Source of the DNA: Centroscyllium fabricii
Lineage: Eukaryota
Length of the DNA stretch: 64,000 nt
Reading direction: 5' to 3'
Assembly: GCA_051313645.2 (NCBI GenBank)
Contig: JBNRSN020000028.1
Location: 65,038,001-65,102,000 of the forward strand
In this document: one piece after another, positions 61,219 to 64,000 of the stretch
How the letters are laid out: each line of letters opens with the position of its first letter
Numbering within the stretch: the stretch's first letter is position 1
The notes under the pieces: model-generated
Database searches by the model: none
What the model was told of the DNA's origin: nothing
What the model saw: only the letters and a program-made list of their open reading frames with translations
Position numbers and translations under genes: made by a program

Positions 61219-62489
61219 ACATTCTCTTAAGCAGCAGTTAAAAGTGTATGTGGATACGCTAGGAGTGTACTTGCTGATACAAATGGATAAATTATTTCAA
61301 AACTACTTTAAAGGGTGAAATCTAGAAAGCTACATCAGCTGAATGGTCTTTACACATTCCTGATTCCCTTTTTGATCCTCCATTTGACATCAGGATCCTA
61401 GTACTTAAGACTTACCAAGACTGTGTTACTGGAACAAGTAAGTGAAACGCTGTCACACACACAAGCAGCTGATATGGTGCTGTCAGTTTTCTCACGAGTA
61501 CTAGAATGAATTAGTCAATCTACTTTGGATAAACTGTTTGTAGCACATAGGAAATATTTGGCGCCCGCACCTCACCAGCTGCATATCAAAGAGGCCGTGC
61601 CCTCAAAATGGACTGGACCTCCACCGGAGGGATCGGGCAGTCGGCTGTGCTCCGTCAGTTGGCTGCTCGATTGTGAAAATCTACCCCCTTATGTCGGAGG
61701 CTGCTCCAAGATGTACTGACTTCATTGGAGCAACTCGAGTGACTCGCTAAACATGAGGGAAGCCTTAAATACAGGGCCTCTGTGACAGAGAAAGTGAATT
61801 TAATAAACAAAGCTTTCTCCGACAGAAGAGGAATTACTTGCAGGATACTTTTCAAACTACACACAGATGGGGCTGAATTAGTCTGTACACCCTTTTTCCG
61901 ATAGGTTGGGGTACATTTTACAGCTACGGGAATTCATCTCACCAGTTTGGATTGTGTAAGTATGTTGTGTTGTGAGTTTTTTGTTCATAAATTATAAGGA
62001 TTTTCTTACTTAAGGCATATACTGCATCTTTGGCTAATAGATCCTAAAAGGTGCATGCATAGTACTAAAGGAATAAGACTGAGAAAATGTACCTTACAAT
62101 CCTACAATTAAAAGCTAAAGTATTTTGGGGAGAACACACTTGATTTATTTCCTTTTTATCGGAATTTTTTTTTGTCCAAAAGAACAAGGTGACCTCCTTA
62201 AAGCCCTCCATCAATGCTGCTTGGAACTGGCTGATAAAGGTATGTGAGGCTTGCCTTTCATGGCCTTGTCTAGGGTTTTCCTTCAGCCCTGTGAGGGAAC
62301 ACCTGTCACCTGCTTCCCCAAGATGACAAGGCTGAGATCATAAATTCCCATGTGGTAAGATCAAGGATACAAACCCACATCCTACCACTTTGAGGCACAG
62401 TGGTCCATTTTGACTTTGTGCGACAATGTAAAACAGGTGATAGTGAGTCTGCAGCCCGTTCGACATCTCTTCCGATTTTTATTTGGGGG

Positions 62490-63630
62490 ATAGACAGGCA
62501 TTTCTGAAATCACTGACGTGAGTCTTGCATGGTGTGTTGCCTCCCTGGTGCCAGGGTAAAGGATGTCATGGAATGGGTGCAGAAAATTCTGCGGGAGGAA
62601 AGGAACGGCCAGAAGTCATGGTCCATGTTGGAACCAATGACACAGGAAGGAAAATAGTTGAGGCCCTACAGCCAGAGTTTCAGGAGCTAGAGAAGAGACT
62701 AAGGAGCAGGACCTCAATGGTGGTAATCTCGGGATTACTCCCAGCGCCACGTGCTCGTGAGTATAGGAACGGCCAGATAAAGCAGGTTAATGCATGGCTA
62801 GAGAAATGGTACAGGAGGGAGGGCTTCAGATTCTTGGGGCATTTGGGACCAGCTCTGGGGCAGAAGGAACCTGTTCAAGGTGAACGAGTTGGACCTGAAC
62901 GGGGCTGGGGCCAATTTCCTCGCGGGAGGTTAAGTAGTGCACGGAGGAGGGTTTAAACGAATTTGGCCGGGGGAGGGGAAGCACGATGAAGCATCAGAGA
63001 GAAGAAACAAGGTGCATAGAGGATTGGGAGAGACACAAATGTGTTAGAATAAAGAGTAGTCCAGAAAGCAGAGGAATCAGACATTGGAGAATTGCAAAGT
63101 AGACTAAGGTGAGTTTGGAGTGCATGTGCGTAAATGCACGGAACGTGGCAAATAAGGTTGTGAGCTGCAGGCACAATTTGCCACGTAGGATTATGATAAA
63201 GTAGCAATAATGAAGACCTGGTACAAACAAGGGCATGAATGGGAACTTGACATTCCTGGCGACGCTGTATTCTGGAGGAATAGGGAAGGAAAAATTGGAA
63301 GGGGTGTGTGTGGGGGGTGGGTTGGGTGGCAGTGTTGATCAAAGTTACTGTTGCAGCCCTGGAAAGGTATGGTGTGGATAAGGATTCAAAGACAGAATCT
63401 ATTTGGCTCGAGTTAAGGAGCAGAATGGGAGTTGTTACGCTGCTGGGTGTGTACTGTAGACCACCAAGTAGTGGGAAGGAGATAGGGGAGCAAATCTGCA
63501 AGCAGATTTCAAAAATATGTAAAAAGAGTAGAGTAGTGATAATGCGGAACTTCAATTATCCTAGAATGGACTTGGATAAAAACAGTGTAAAGGGTAAGCA
63601 GGGGAAGGAATTCCTGAACTGTGTACTGGA
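62490..63630 (+). mobile_element. Old degenerate CR1 fragment (ORF1 esterase and start of EN)
   Basis: VHVGTND, VISGLLP, GVYCRPP and NFNYP. Many disablements. Confidence 0.8.
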
Positions 63631-63889
63631 AGGAAGTGGAGCACCTCCAGTATGGGTGGGTGGGGCGGGGGTGGGGTGCCGAACCCGGAAGCAAGTGCAG
63701 GGCATCTGTTAGTGGCTTTTTAACTCAGCCACCTCATTATCATTTTACTTCCTTGTTTCCCATCCAATTAGTGTTAGCTGGCGTGATGACAGCCTGCATA
63801 GCGATTTCAAATCCAGTATTTAAAGGGAACTCCAAACACGCAAGTTGAAGGAGTTTGGAATTGTGATGGAAAGACAGAGACTTATTGGA

Positions 63890-64000
63890 ATGGAATTGAC
63901 ACAGGAAAAGGCTGCGCCCCGCTTCAGCGATGCCTCCTTGGATGTACTGCTGGGGTCTGTAAGGACCCGGAGGGAGATGCTGTTCCCTAGTGATGGGAGG
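63890..64000 (+). CDS. N-terminus of a Myb/SANT-like (NAIF1/MSANTD-type) protein, probably Harbinger ORF1; runs off the window
   Basis: MELTQEKAAPRFSDASLDVLLGSVRTRREMLFPSDGR fits the RxPRFS...L...V..R...LF helix-1 pattern. Confidence 0.65.
   Translation, partial: MELTQEKAAPRFSDASLDVLLGSVRTRREMLFPSDGR

Overview
Eukaryotic, apparently gene-free, deeply nested transposable-element region. The host is most likely a cartilaginous fish (inferred from HE1/V-SINE-type SINEs, a SacSINE/DeuSINE-type tail and CR1 families). The backbone is an endogenous lokiretrovirus-like provirus, ERV-A (about 2.6-38.7 kb). Its env is split by a young chromoviral Gypsy element and by a second, related provirus, ERV-B (11910-35505; 1.48-kb LTRs, CAAT TSD, tRNA-Arg PBS). 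ERV-B runs gag-UGACUAG-PR-RT-tether-RNaseH-IN-env. In both proviruses the reconstructed env reads signal peptide, a putative immunoglobulin-like domain, then a paramyxo/pneumovirus-F-like fusion protein (RQRR furin site, heptad repeat, TM). Further insertions are several Gypsy LTR elements, CR1, Rex1/Babar and RTE LINEs, V-SINEs, Harbinger-type MITEs with AWT TSDs, a hammerhead-ribozyme-bearing Penelope-type insert and the start of a Harbinger Myb/SANT ORF. Family assignments come from motif recognition only; no database searches were run.
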